This document shows, piece by piece, positions 19,915-28,529 of a stretch of DNA of 64,000 nucleotides. Below the pieces are notes generated by a model that did no database searches, was not told the origin of the DNA, and was given only the letters and a program-made list of their open reading frames with translations. The stretch lies in the IMG/VR virus record IMGVR_UViG_3300020037_009719, positions 1,663 to 65,662 of that record; one strand, given 5' to 3'. Made by a program: the position numbers and the translations under genes. The stretch's first letter is position 1. Every line of letters starts with the position of its first letter. The stretch comes from a virus.

Positions 19915-21894
19915 ATGAAAAAAATAGGTTCAGCATCAGGTCCTTCTAAGGCTTCAAAACATTTAGGAAAAAAAATGTTTTCTCGTGATAAAAAACTTGA
20001 AGATAAAAAAATTACTAAACCTTTAGAAGAGGTACATCCAGATGAGAAATTTTATAACGTTGACAAAAACGAATTAGAAGAAGTAATGTCTTCTAAAAAC
20101 CGTACGTCAAGTTACTGGTTGCCAGAAACAGATATTCCTGATTACTTTGTGTTACAACGTATGATGAAAAACATTAATACTGTTTGTGGTTTTATCACTG
20201 GAAAAGCATTGAGAGTTAATTTCTCTGAGATTGATGGTCCAAGTCATGCAGATTTTGCTGGTGAAGAAATTACTATTTCTATCGGCTCATTATATGACTA
20301 CCGTATTCCTTTCCATATGAGATTGAATATTGTTTTAGCTTTAGGTATTCATGAATCTTGGCATGTAAAATATACTACTCCTGCTATGGAGAGAATGTTA
20401 GTGCAAAATGGTTTAACAAAAAGTAAAATTTCTCGTTTTGGATTTGGTAAAACTCAAAAAGTTGCAGACTTTAGCCAAAGTGGTAAACTTTTCAAACATA
20501 ACTTCCAAACATTTTTAGCAAATTGTGTTGAAGATAGACGTATTGAACATTTAGGGTTAATTGATTACCCTGGGTATGTTTACTACATGGAAGAGTTTCG
20601 TAAATACGGGTTGTGGTGTAACATTAATGCTTTGTTAAACCCTGTAACTAAACCAGATTGGAATAACCCAGACCATTTTTATGGTGCATTAACACAATAC
20701 ATTGCATTTAAAAATGTAGCTCCAGAAATCTTACCAGTATTTGCTTCTTATGGACCGAATACAAAAGAATTCAAAGCTTTAACAGATAAAGTAGATGCAA
20801 TTTGTAAAGACGTTCCATTAACTTACGATGACACAATGTCACAGTCTTTAGAATTGTTGAAATTGTATCCTGACGAGCAAAAAAACAAACAAGCTAAGGA
20901 AAAAAATTGTAACGGAGATGGTAACGGTAAAAATCAAGGACCACAAATGGCAGAAGGAACTGCTGCTGATGGTAAAACTGTAAAACCAAGTAAAGACGAA
21001 AAAGAAGCAATTGGTGACATAAAAGACGATAATCAACCTTATGCTACTTCTGAGCAAAAAGATATTAAAATTGAAGATCGTTTTGACAAACATGACCAAT
21101 ACAGCCACGTTCATATTGAACCTGCAGCAGAAGGTCGTTTTGACCAAGCTGTTTTTGACCAAGCAAGTGAAATTGCTCGTCAAATTAGCAAAAATTTATC
21201 TTTCTTAGATTCACGTTTCAATCGTGTAACAGAAGCTTTTGAAATGAGAAATGGTGAATTGGATGAGGATGCAATCTTTGGTTTAAAATTCAACAAGGAT
21301 ATTTTCTACGAAGAAGAAGAAGCTCCAGGTTACTCAATGGATTTTGGAATCTTGATTGATGAGTCTGGTTCAATGCACGGTAGCAAAATTCGTGATGCTA
21401 AAATTGCTGCATTAGCTTTAGCAATTGCTTTGAAAGACAATCAACATATTAATTTATTTGTTTACGGTCACACAGCAAATACGGGAGGTCACCCAATTAC
21501 AATGTACAAATACTTTGACCAATTAGAAAAAGGTTGCCAAGATATTTCAACATTGTTTTCAGTAGAAGCAAGATCTAACAATGCAGATGGTTATGCAATT
21601 TCTGCAATGGGAGATATCTTAAACAAAGGTAAATCAAGACAAAAAGTTTTAATTGTTGCATCTGACGGTCAACCACACGCATCAGGTTACGGTGGAAGAC
21701 AAGCTAACCAACATACTGCTCAAATGGTTCAAAAACTTGAAATGCAAGGAATGTTTGTTTGTCAAATTGCAATGGAAAACTTTAACTCTGCTGAAATGTT
21801 TACAAACTTTGTTCCTTATGACAAAAACAGCTTAGGAGTTAACTTGAAAAAAGTGTTGTTAAAAAAATTAGTAGAAATCTCAAACTTAGTATAA
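19915..21894 (+). CDS. von Willebrand factor A domain protein (CobT/NorD-like partner of the AAA+ ATPase)
   Basis: C-terminal MIDAS motif ILIDESGSM; long acidic central region. Adjacent to the MoxR-like gene. Confidence 0.7.
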   Translation: MKKIGSASGPSKASKHLGKKMFSRDKKLEDKKITKPLEEVHPDEKFYNVDKNELEEVMSSKNRTSSYWLPETDIPDYFVLQRMMKNINTVCGFITGKALRVNFSEIDGPSHADFAGEEITISIGSLYDYRIPFHMRLNIVLALGIHESWHVKYTTPAMERMLVQNGLTKSKISRFGFGKTQKVADFSQSGKLFKHNFQTFLANCVEDRRIEHLGLIDYPGYVYYMEEFRKYGLWCNINALLNPVTKPDWNNPDHFYGALTQYIAFKNVAPEILPVFASYGPNTKEFKALTDKVDAICKDVPLTYDDTMSQSLELLKLYPDEQKNKQAKEKNCNGDGNGKNQGPQMAEGTAADGKTVKPSKDEKEAIGDIKDDNQPYATSEQKDIKIEDRFDKHDQYSHVHIEPAAEGRFDQAVFDQASEIARQISKNLSFLDSRFNRVTEAFEMRNGELDEDAIFGLKFNKDIFYEEEEAPGYSMDFGILIDESGSMHGSKIRDAKIAALALAIALKDNQHINLFVYGHTANTGGHPITMYKYFDQLEKGCQDISTLFSVEARSNNADGYAISAMGDILNKGKSRQKVLIVASDGQPHASGYGGRQANQHTAQMVQKLEMQGMFVCQIAMENFNSAEMFTNFVPYDKNSLGVNLKKVLLKKLVEISNLV

Positions 21895-22532
21895 TGGCTG
21901 AAAAAAAAGAAGACGGTAAAGGGAGAAAACTTCCCTTTACTATCAAATACGAAATCGAAGAAACTGCAGATGGTGCAGATGTAAACTTTAAGCTTGAAAA
22001 CAGCGAAGAAGATCGTTTGTTTGCTTACATGGTTACTTTATGGGACCTTAGTCAATTACTTGACAGAGCAATGGATGATAAACGTATTCCAACAGAAGTA
22101 AAAGCAGATTTCTTAACAGCTGCTAAGATTTTGAAAGATATGACCCAGGCTTGTAAAATGAAAGTAGAAGAAAAGCTTAAAATGGGAACTGAAACAACTA
22201 TCATGGAAAGATTACAAAAACTTTTCAAAGATGTAGCAGGTGACATGAATGAAGAAAATCCTTTCAAAGATTTAAAAGACCTAGGTAAAGATGGAATGAA
22301 ACCATCTAAGGTAGTCATCGGTGGAGATGTTCCAGAAGAAATTCGACAACAACTTGAGGATGCTCTCAAAGCACAATTCGGTGAAGATATTGACATCGGT
22401 AACATGTCAAAAAAAGAAACTGAAGAACTTATCAGTAAACGAAAATCAAAAGGTGAAAAGTCTGACGATGAAGTTGACTTTGATGATTTAGATAAAAAAT
22501 CAAATAAAGATTCATCTGATATTGATATGTAA
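21894..22532 (+). CDS. hypothetical acidic protein
   Basis: 212 aa, strongly acidic especially at the C-terminus. Confidence 0.5.
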   Translation: MAEKKEDGKGRKLPFTIKYEIEETADGADVNFKLENSEEDRLFAYMVTLWDLSQLLDRAMDDKRIPTEVKADFLTAAKILKDMTQACKMKVEEKLKMGTETTIMERLQKLFKDVAGDMNEENPFKDLKDLGKDGMKPSKVVIGGDVPEEIRQQLEDALKAQFGEDIDIGNMSKKETEELISKRKSKGEKSDDEVDFDDLDKKSNKDSSDIDM

Positions 22533-22536
22533 AAAA

Positions 22537-22648
22537 TAACTGAAACTGTAACAATTAAAAAAGTATTATGTAGAGTTACAGGGTTGAGGACCGAATAGGG
22601 GGGCTACATCTTCAGGAATCGGCTTAGACCTGTTATAGTTTCAGTTTA
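22537..22648 (+). other. structured intergenic element: GC-rich core flanked by 17-bp inverted repeat
   Basis: aactgaaactgtaacaa ... ttgttatagtttcagtt (16/17 complementary) enclose gggttgaggaccgaataggggggctacatcttcaggaatcggcttagacc. This core is far more GC-rich than its surroundings. Confidence 0.4.
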
Positions 22649-22659
22649 ATTTTAAAGTT

Positions 22660-23040
22660 ATGAATTTACAAATTTATGCCAAAGGGACTAAGTTAAGGTT
22701 AACAAAAGATTGGAATTTCCAATGTCATAAAGATGGTTATGGGCTTATGCCTTACTCACCTACAAATAGTTATACTTTACAAGCAGGTACAATCTTATCA
22801 ATTCATGATATTGATATTCGAGGTAATTGCAAAGTTCCAAGGTCAGTTTGTTTTCTTATCCCTAAAAAAGGTTGTCCTAGTGATGATTTTTACGAAAGTC
22901 AAACTTTTCATGTTGACTTCAATCAATTAGATAATTTAGAGTTTGAGTTAAATTCAAAAGCTGACTTAAAGTTAAATTCAATCAAGTTGAAAGATATGAT
23001 AAGTTCAATCAATGAAGAGTTAAACGTTAAAGAAAAATAA
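22660..23040 (+). CDS. hypothetical small protein with C-terminal INxELN-like motif
   Basis: ORF; C-terminus ...MISSINEELNVKEK. Confidence 0.45.
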   Translation: MNLQIYAKGTKLRLTKDWNFQCHKDGYGLMPYSPTNSYTLQAGTILSIHDIDIRGNCKVPRSVCFLIPKKGCPSDDFYESQTFHVDFNQLDNLEFELNSKADLKLNSIKLKDMISSINEELNVKEK

Positions 23041-23041
23041 A

Positions 23042-23431
23042 ATGAACTTAGAAAGTATTATCCTTTTTATAAGTATTGTTGTTATACATTTTATTGCTGA
23101 TTTCATTTTCCAGGATGAGAAATGGGCAGTAGGAAAAAGTCATTCTATAAAACTATTAACTTTACATGTTAGTATGTATACAACTGTATGGTTTATGTTT
23201 TGTAACTTTTACTGCTATGCAACAGGGAATTATATGATATATTTTTTAGTTCCGATAACTTTTGTTTCACATTGGTTAACAGATTACTTTACTTCTAAAG
23301 TCACAAGTCGTTTATATGCTGAAAAGAAATTCGGCTCATCTATACCTAATTTAAGTTTCTTTACAATGATTGGATTTGACCAAGTGTTACATTATATTCA
23401 ATTATTCTTAACTTTTTATTTTTTAAGTTAG
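23042..23431 (+). CDS. hypothetical membrane protein
   Basis: Hydrophobic helices. Confidence 0.45.
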   Translation: MNLESIILFISIVVIHFIADFIFQDEKWAVGKSHSIKLLTLHVSMYTTVWFMFCNFYCYATGNYMIYFLVPITFVSHWLTDYFTSKVTSRLYAEKKFGSSIPNLSFFTMIGFDQVLHYIQLFLTFYFLS

Positions 23432-23437
23432 TTTGTA

Positions 23438-23463
23438 GTTTACAAGGTTTAAAGTATCTTAAG
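23438..23463 (+). promoter_or_regulatory. GTTTAC-N11-TATCTTaAG promoter-like motif
   Basis: One mismatch to the consensus; 14 nt upstream of the ATG at 23477. Confidence 0.4.
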
Positions 23464-23476
23464 GTAAAATTAAAAT

Positions 23477-23755
23477 ATGAAAATCACTACAATCATATCA
23501 CAAATTGATATCTTATTAGAAGCTTTAAAACAAACACAAACAGTTTATAAGGTTTCTTACAAAGAACAAGTAGATATCTCTTGTTTAAAGATATTTTTAG
23601 ACCTCTCTTTACTTAATTTAGATTTACTTTATTCTCTGCAAGAGAAATGTAAAGAATTAGGTATTGAAGCTGAAATAACTATCCCAACTCACATTGATGG
23701 TGTCGCGGTAAAAGATTTACCTGTTGACAAGCAATGTTTAACAATTCATTTTTAA
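23477..23755 (+). CDS. hypothetical protein
   Basis: 92-aa ORF. Confidence 0.4.
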   Translation: MKITTIISQIDILLEALKQTQTVYKVSYKEQVDISCLKIFLDLSLLNLDLLYSLQEKCKELGIEAEITIPTHIDGVAVKDLPVDKQCLTIHF

Positions 23756-24003
23756 TATGGTTGAAAGAACTAAAACTTTAAGTTCTCGTGAACAGAAAGC
23801 ACAGAGATTGAAAGAACAAGTATTAAAAACTGAACAAAGTTTAAACGCACTTATATACTTATATGAAAAGCGTTACCTATATATTACAACAGTAAGTAAG
23901 TAAATAATTGTTTTAATTTATTTTATTTCCTACTTTTACATTAAGCATTAACAGGTATGCTTAATAATACTCCCTGTTTATAAATCTTATTATTTATTAA
24001 TTA

Positions 24004-24528
24004 ATGAAAGAAGTAAGATTATGTGCTAATCAAGAGTGTGGTAAAGAGTTCACTGTTTGGTCTTCACAAAAGAAGAGATATTGTTGTAGAAAGTGCACAA
24101 TGACTTTAGAAAGGCGAGAGTCAATAAGACAAGAGAAAACTGGAAAACCAAACCCCAAAGTATCAATTGCACTGAAAAATTCTATTTCAGCTAAAAAATA
24201 TCAATTTAAAAAGGGAAAAGACAATCCAGCATTTGGACGAAATCAAACAGGTGAAGCAAATCACAATTGGAAAGGTGGAAAAACAAATAAGAATCAAAAA
24301 TTAAGAAATAGTCCACAGTATAAAATTTGGCGACAAGCTTGTATGGAACGAGATCACTTTCAATGTACTGATTGTGGTGCAAAGGGATATTTACAAGTAC
24401 ATCATATAAAAGAGGTCTCTAACTACCCTGAACTTATTTGGGAACTTGATAACGGAAAAACAGTTTGCGTGTCGTGTCACGAAAAAATACACGGAAGATT
24501 TATAGGAAAATTTAAACAACAAAAATAA
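24004..24528 (+). CDS. HNH homing endonuclease
   Basis: N-terminal Cys-rich region; HHIKEVSNYPE...NGKTVCVSCHEKIH HNH motif. Confidence 0.75.
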   Translation: MKEVRLCANQECGKEFTVWSSQKKRYCCRKCTMTLERRESIRQEKTGKPNPKVSIALKNSISAKKYQFKKGKDNPAFGRNQTGEANHNWKGGKTNKNQKLRNSPQYKIWRQACMERDHFQCTDCGAKGYLQVHHIKEVSNYPELIWELDNGKTVCVSCHEKIHGRFIGKFKQQK

Positions 24529-25421
24529 TGGAAAATAAAAAAAAATATGCCTGTATAAGTTTATCAGGTGGGATGGACTCTTCTACTTTACTTCTTAAAT
24601 TGTTAGTTGAAGGTTATAATGTTACTGCTTTATCTTTTAATTACGGTCAAAAGCACTCTGTAGAATTAGAAAGAGCAACTGAATTAGTGAAATATATTAA
24701 ATCAGATTCAAAAGGGGCTGGAAAAAGACAATCTGGAACTTTAACTCATCAAATTATTAAACTAGATGGTTTAGGACAATTGTTAAATTCAACTTTAGTT
24801 GAAGGTGGTTCAGATGTTCCAGAAGGGCATTATGCTGAAGAAAATATGAAAGACACGGTTGTGCCAAATCGTAATAAAATATTTTCTTCAATTATTCAAG
24901 CAGTTGCTTTATCTATAGCAGAACAAAATAATACTGAATGCGCTATTGCTATGGGTATTCATGCTGGTGATCATGCTATCTACCCTGATTGTAGACAAGA
25001 GTTTAGAGATGCAGATTTTGAAGCTTTCAAACAAGGTAATTGGGGGTCTGAAAAAGTAATCATCTATACTCCTTATCTTCATACTGATAAATTCGGTATT
25101 TTAGAAGATGGGTTAGTTTGTTGTGAAAAGTTAAGTTTAGATTTTAACGAAATATATAAACGTACTAATACAAGTTATAAGCCAATTTTTATCAGAGAAG
25201 TTTCTAAACAAACAATAGACGATAAAGACTATTACACCCCTGAAAGTAATGGTAAATGGTATTCAGATTATAAGTCAGCAAGTTCGGTAGAACGAATAGA
25301 AGCATTTATTAAATTAGGTAAACAAGACCCAGTTGAATATGCTGATGAAACAGGACCTGTTTCATGGGAAACAGCAAAAGCTTATGTAGAGAAAGTTCTC
25401 GCTGAACATAGTAATAAATAG
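24528..25421 (+). CDS. queC: QueC-like PP-loop ATP pyrophosphatase (7-cyano-7-deazaguanine synthase family)
   Basis: ISLSGGMDSST (SGGxDS PP-loop), FNYGQKH, VPNRNKIF, YPDCRQEF all align to E. coli QueC. The C-terminal CxxC Zn cluster is absent and the C-terminus is extended. Confidence 0.7.
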   Translation: MENKKKYACISLSGGMDSSTLLLKLLVEGYNVTALSFNYGQKHSVELERATELVKYIKSDSKGAGKRQSGTLTHQIIKLDGLGQLLNSTLVEGGSDVPEGHYAEENMKDTVVPNRNKIFSSIIQAVALSIAEQNNTECAIAMGIHAGDHAIYPDCRQEFRDADFEAFKQGNWGSEKVIIYTPYLHTDKFGILEDGLVCCEKLSLDFNEIYKRTNTSYKPIFIREVSKQTIDDKDYYTPESNGKWYSDYKSASSVERIEAFIKLGKQDPVEYADETGPVSWETAKAYVEKVLAEHSNK

Positions 25422-25440
25422 TTAAATTATTTTAAATTAA

Positions 25441-25474
25441 GAACCTACGCTACGCGTAGGTTCTCCTTGTTTTT
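25441..25474 (+). terminator. rho-independent terminator
   Basis: gaacctacgc-tac-gcgtaggttc 10-bp stem plus T-tract. Confidence 0.65.
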
Positions 25475-25501
25475 AACGTTTTTTGTTATTTTCGGTAGGA
25501 A

Positions 25502-25527
25502 GTTTACAAGTTTAACCATATCTTTAG
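25502..25527 (+). promoter_or_regulatory. GTTTAC-N11-TATCTTTAG promoter-like motif
   Basis: Exact consensus; 24 nt upstream of the ATG at 25551. Confidence 0.5.
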
Positions 25528-25550
25528 ATTATAAATTAAAACATATAGCA

Positions 25551-25889
25551 ATGAGTTATAAAAAATTCAAAATGACTGAAGAAGAGTTTATCGATTATTG
25601 CGAATCTCTTACTGAACAAGAATTGAAAAGATTTCAATTAGAGTCAAAAAAGGATGATATTCAAAGAGCACACCATTGGCTTTATATTGCATGTATTACA
25701 ATGGTTTTAGCATCATTTTCTACAAACTGGGCTAAACATGTAGCAGATTCTACATTATTATATGTTACTTGCTTTATAATTACAATAGTTTCAATTTTTT
25801 TCGTTTTCGGTTTACTTAAAAGAATAAAACAAGAAAAATTAATGTATAAAATGTTAGAAATTTTCTACAAAGAAAACAATATCCTTTAA
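25551..25889 (+). CDS. hypothetical membrane protein
   Basis: In-frame ATG after the promoter motif; the track start overlaps the terminator. Two TM helices. Confidence 0.45.
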   Translation: MSYKKFKMTEEEFIDYCESLTEQELKRFQLESKKDDIQRAHHWLYIACITMVLASFSTNWAKHVADSTLLYVTCFIITIVSIFFVFGLLKRIKQEKLMYKMLEIFYKENNIL

Positions 25890-25891
25890 TC

Positions 25892-26071
25892 ATGGCAAAG
25901 AAAAAAGAAATTATCAAATTTGACCCCGAAGAAGTTAGAAAAGGGTTAAAAGGTATTCGCAGACAAGAAGAAATTGATAACCAATTGCGAATACCTACTC
26001 ATACTGTTCAAAAAAGTAAAAAAGAATACACTCGTAAACGTAAACATAAGAAAAATTTTGAAGTTGAATAA
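25892..26071 (+). CDS. hypothetical small basic protein
   Basis: 59-aa Lys/Arg-rich ORF below the track threshold. Confidence 0.35.
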   Translation: MAKKKEIIKFDPEEVRKGLKGIRRQEEIDNQLRIPTHTVQKSKKEYTRKRKHKKNFEVE

Positions 26072-26143
26072 TTTTATATATCTTTAGTAAAAAATAAATT
26101 TAAAGTTCTGAACCTCGCATTACATATACACCTTGTTATACAC
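26072..26143 (+). promoter_or_regulatory. leader of cassette array: TATCTTTAG -10-like box plus a GTTRRRY-like half site
   Basis: atatctttag at 26080-26090; acatatacaccttGTTATAc at 26122-26143 matches the right arms of the downstream inverted-repeat elements. Confidence 0.35.
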
Positions 26144-26199
26144 AGTACGGTTTATTAATGTTGAATGCTGATACAAAGAATAATTAAAATTAAAAAAAT

Positions 26200-26532
26200 A
26201 TGCACAAACAAAAGGAAGTAAAAATAAATGTTGATGATAAAATACAACCACTAATTCAATTTATATTTGATAGATTAACTGGTTTGATACCAATAGCATC
26301 TTGTATAGGTGGAGATGAATCACAAAACGAAAGTATGGATTGTTATATACTACTAATAGTTAGGAATCATAATCATCTAAATCATCTAATGGATTTATGT
26401 TCATCTTGGCATTGTCAGTATATCAAACCAAATGGTGAAACTGGAAATGTACCAACATATAGAATAAGTATTTCTAATTTAAACGATGTGTTGGATAAAT
26501 TGAATTTGATAGATGAAAATTATATTTTTTAA
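26200..26532 (+). CDS. hypothetical protein (first array ORF)
   Basis: 110-aa ORF, preceded by a 9-codon uORF in the cacggtttattaATG motif. Confidence 0.45.
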   Translation: MHKQKEVKINVDDKIQPLIQFIFDRLTGLIPIASCIGGDESQNESMDCYILLIVRNHNHLNHLMDLCSSWHCQYIKPNGETGNVPTYRISISNLNDVLDKLNLIDENYIF

Positions 26533-26646
26533 TTTACACCGAACTTAATTTGATACACGAATATAGTATTGTGTATAACGTTCGGGCGGTTGGCGTTCGT
26601 TGCCGACTTTGGAACAAGAAACTTTAACTTTAAAAATAAATTTGAT
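26533..26646 (+). repeat. degenerate inverted-repeat element (attC-like, divergent)
   Basis: ccgaac-ttaatttg-atacac ... gtgtat-aa-cgttcgg inverted repeat; ATAACGttcgg and ggttggcg echo the CTAACGGTTGGC motif. Confidence 0.35.
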
Positions 26647-26889
26647 ATGGAAAACAAAACTTCAACAAGCCACGAAAACGGCAATGACGCTAACCGCTTG
26701 TTAGCACCAGTTATTTTTTGGCAACGCTTTGACCAAGTTAAACCACAAGGCGATGCGGAATATTTGGTGTGCAATACAGATGGCGTTATTCGAGTTAGTT
26801 ACTTTGATGGCAAAGATTGGGGATATTTAGCTATTGTAAAAGAAAATATTACGCATTGGTCAATACTTCCGAGTGTGCCAGTCATATAA
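26647..26889 (+). CDS. hypothetical protein (cassette ORF, GC-richer than the genome)
   Basis: 81-aa ORF from ATG 26647 (track start 26569 lies inside the repeat). Contains an internal GCTAACcgcttGTTAGC mini-palindrome. Confidence 0.45.
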   Translation: MENKTSTSHENGNDANRLLAPVIFWQRFDQVKPQGDAEYLVCNTDGVIRVSYFDGKDWGYLAIVKENITHWSILPSVPVI

Positions 26890-26893
26890 TTGG

Positions 26894-26986
26894 TGCTAAC
26901 GGTTGGCAATATATGTAGTTGCCATGCACGAACTTAAAAATTAAATATAAACCTTAATAGGCAATTACATATATTGCTTGTTAGCA
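26894..26986 (+). repeat. attC-like imperfect inverted repeat element 1
   Basis: Left arm tgCTAACggttggcaatatatgtagttgcc; right arm ggcaattacatatattgcttGTTAGCa. Arms pair 7+12+5 nt with ggttg/aa asymmetry (3-nt bulge). Confidence 0.6.
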
Positions 26987-26998
26987 AATCGTAAAATT

Positions 26999-27154
26999 AT
27001 GGCATCAGAGAAGAAAAAACGTAAAGCAGATAAAAGACTTCATTGGGGTAGAGGTAAGAACTTCATGAAGTGGGTTGGTAAAGGCATCAAAGGTCTTTGT
27101 TATTTCACATCATCTCAAAGACAAGCAGATAAGAAGTTCGACATTGACGAATAA
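26999..27154 (+). CDS. hypothetical small basic protein (cassette ORF)
   Basis: 51-aa ORF MASEKKKRKADKRLHWGRGKNF... between two attC-like elements. Confidence 0.35.
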   Translation: MASEKKKRKADKRLHWGRGKNFMKWVGKGIKGLCYFTSSQRQADKKFDIDE

Positions 27155-27163
27155 TTTTATGTT

Positions 27164-27257
27164 TGCTAACGGTCGGCAATATGAAATGGTTGCCTTGTAA
27201 GACGTTTAAAATTTAGTAATAGCCTATCGGCAACTTTTTTATATTGCTTGTTAGGCA
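27164..27257 (+). repeat. attC-like imperfect inverted repeat element 2
   Basis: tgCTAACggtcggcaatatgaaatggttgcc ... ggcaacttttttatattgcttGTTAGGCa; same bulged architecture. Confidence 0.6.
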
Positions 27258-27271
27258 CAGTAATTTATCAA

Positions 27272-27529
27272 ATGAAAATATATCAAACAAATGCAGCACT
27301 TGGTTATAGACAACTTGCATTTCTAATTAGATTAGATAAAAGTGCGAATGGACACAACTACCTATGTATAGGCACACAAAATATTAATGACAACGAAATG
27401 TATCAAATTGGTAAAATAGTTGAAGATTTAGAAGATTTTTATTTGGAAGATACAACTTTCAAAATAACTGATTCTGAATTAAACGGAACTTATCTGTTTG
27501 ATTACTGGGTTTCTCATTATTGTGCCTAA
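27272..27529 (+). CDS. hypothetical protein (cassette ORF)
   Basis: ATG 27272 (track start is TTG inside the repeat). Stop TAA lies inside the GCCTAAC inverse-core-like motif. Confidence 0.45.
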   Translation: MKIYQTNAALGYRQLAFLIRLDKSANGHNYLCIGTQNINDNEMYQIGKIVEDLEDFYLEDTTFKITDSELNGTYLFDYWVSHYCA

Positions 27530-27618
27530 CGGTTGGGTGTATGAGAAGGTTTGCTTAGATGAACTTTCAAATTAATACAAATACATGTAGCAAACTTTCT
27601 TATACACCTTGTTATATG
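27524..27618 (+). repeat. attC-like imperfect inverted repeat element 3
   Basis: GCCTAACggttgggtgtatgagaaggtttgct ... agcaaactttcttatacaccttGTTATAt. Confidence 0.6.
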
Positions 27619-27652
27619 CTTGCACGGTTTATTAATGATAAAATTAATTAAA

Positions 27653-27985
27653 ATGAAAAAGTTTAAATTTGAAGATTTACAATTAATTAATGTAGGCGAT
27701 ATTTATGCTATTACTTATAACGATAAAATAATTACCCTTGAAGGTAAAACCACATTTTCGACAATAAGTAATGCGAAAAATATGCTTCAAAAAGTATTAA
27801 CTGCTAATTATCATCAAGGACATTATTGGCACAAAGGTAAAGAAAATACCTTTTCTGATGAAGGTGGGCATATGAGAAACGGGGGTGTTATGGCTGGTTT
27901 GGATAAAATATTTAAAAAATTAGGCAAAGAACTAACTGAAGAATTACTTTCTAATGGCGTTTTTGTGATTAAAAAAATACAATAG
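27653..27985 (+). CDS. hypothetical protein (cassette ORF)
   Basis: ATG after the conserved cacggtttattaatg motif. Confidence 0.45.
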   Translation: MKKFKFEDLQLINVGDIYAITYNDKIITLEGKTTFSTISNAKNMLQKVLTANYHQGHYWHKGKENTFSDEGGHMRNGGVMAGLDKIFKKLGKELTEELLSNGVFVIKKIQ

Positions 27986-28013
27986 TAATTTAGTAGCACG
28001 TTTGTAGTGCTTG

Positions 28014-28107
28014 CATATAACGGCTTGGTGTATGAGAAGGTTTGCTTTGATGAACTTCAAATTTACACTGAACTTGATAGCAAACTTTCTCATACACCTT
28101 GTTATAG
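28014..28107 (+). repeat. attC-like imperfect inverted repeat element 4 (near-duplicate of element 3)
   Basis: cATAACggcttggtgtatgagaaggtttgct ... agcaaactttctcatacaccttGTTATAg. Confidence 0.6.
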
Positions 28108-28151
28108 TTAGTTTTATTTTTTATTTTACAAAATTATAAATTTTCATAGAT

Positions 28152-28451
28152 ATGACTGAAGAACAAATGAAAGAATATGTAGTAAATGGTGGAAAACTTT
28201 TTACTATCACTTTGATTGACACTATTAGAGATGGTGGAACAAAGATTATAAAAACAACAAAAGACGATTATTATATCCATAAGGATAGTAAAAAGTTTCA
28301 TTCTGGTTACACACCAAGTGAAGAAAATTTAATAACAGATTTTTTGTTAATAGAATACTTGGTTGAACGAATTGAAACATACATCAAAAGATGTGTGGAA
28401 GATGTTGAACGAAACAAAAATCTGTTAATAGAAATTCAAAATAAAAAATAA
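28152..28451 (+). CDS. hypothetical protein (cassette ORF)
   Basis: 99-aa ORF. Confidence 0.45.
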   Translation: MTEEQMKEYVVNGGKLFTITLIDTIRDGGTKIIKTTKDDYYIHKDSKKFHSGYTPSEENLITDFLLIEYLVERIETYIKRCVEDVERNKNLLIEIQNKK

Positions 28452-28457
28452 TATTAA

Positions 28458-28529
28458 CTATAACGGTTCGCAGATAAGCGAAGGCAAAGATTTAGAAACT
28501 AAAATTTTAACTTAAAAACAGAATATAAT
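28458..28529 (+). repeat. degenerate attC-like element 5
   Basis: ctATAACGGttcgcagataagcgaaggc hairpin; right arm not recognisable. Confidence 0.3.

Noticed and set aside
20848-22405. ORFs 20848-21183(-), 21653-21835(+), 22052-22405(-) within or around the vWA and acidic genes
   Set aside because: Alternative frames of well-supported genes; Phe/Ser/Leu-rich antisense products.
23757-23903. 48-aa + strand ORF MVERTKTLSSREQ... in the gap before the HNH gene
   Set aside because: Too short and without supporting signals to call; the region also contains a 7-bp hairpin taagcat-N-atgctta and may be purely regulatory.
26569-26646. Track start 26569 (MCITFGRLAFVADFG...) for the cassette ORF
   Set aside because: This N-terminal extension is translated from the inverted-repeat element itself; ATG at 26647 is the plausible start.
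26529-26774. Minus-strand ORF 26529-26774 across the first repeat element
   Set aside because: Overlaps the inverted-repeat element and the + strand cassette ORF; the + strand ORF has better coding character.
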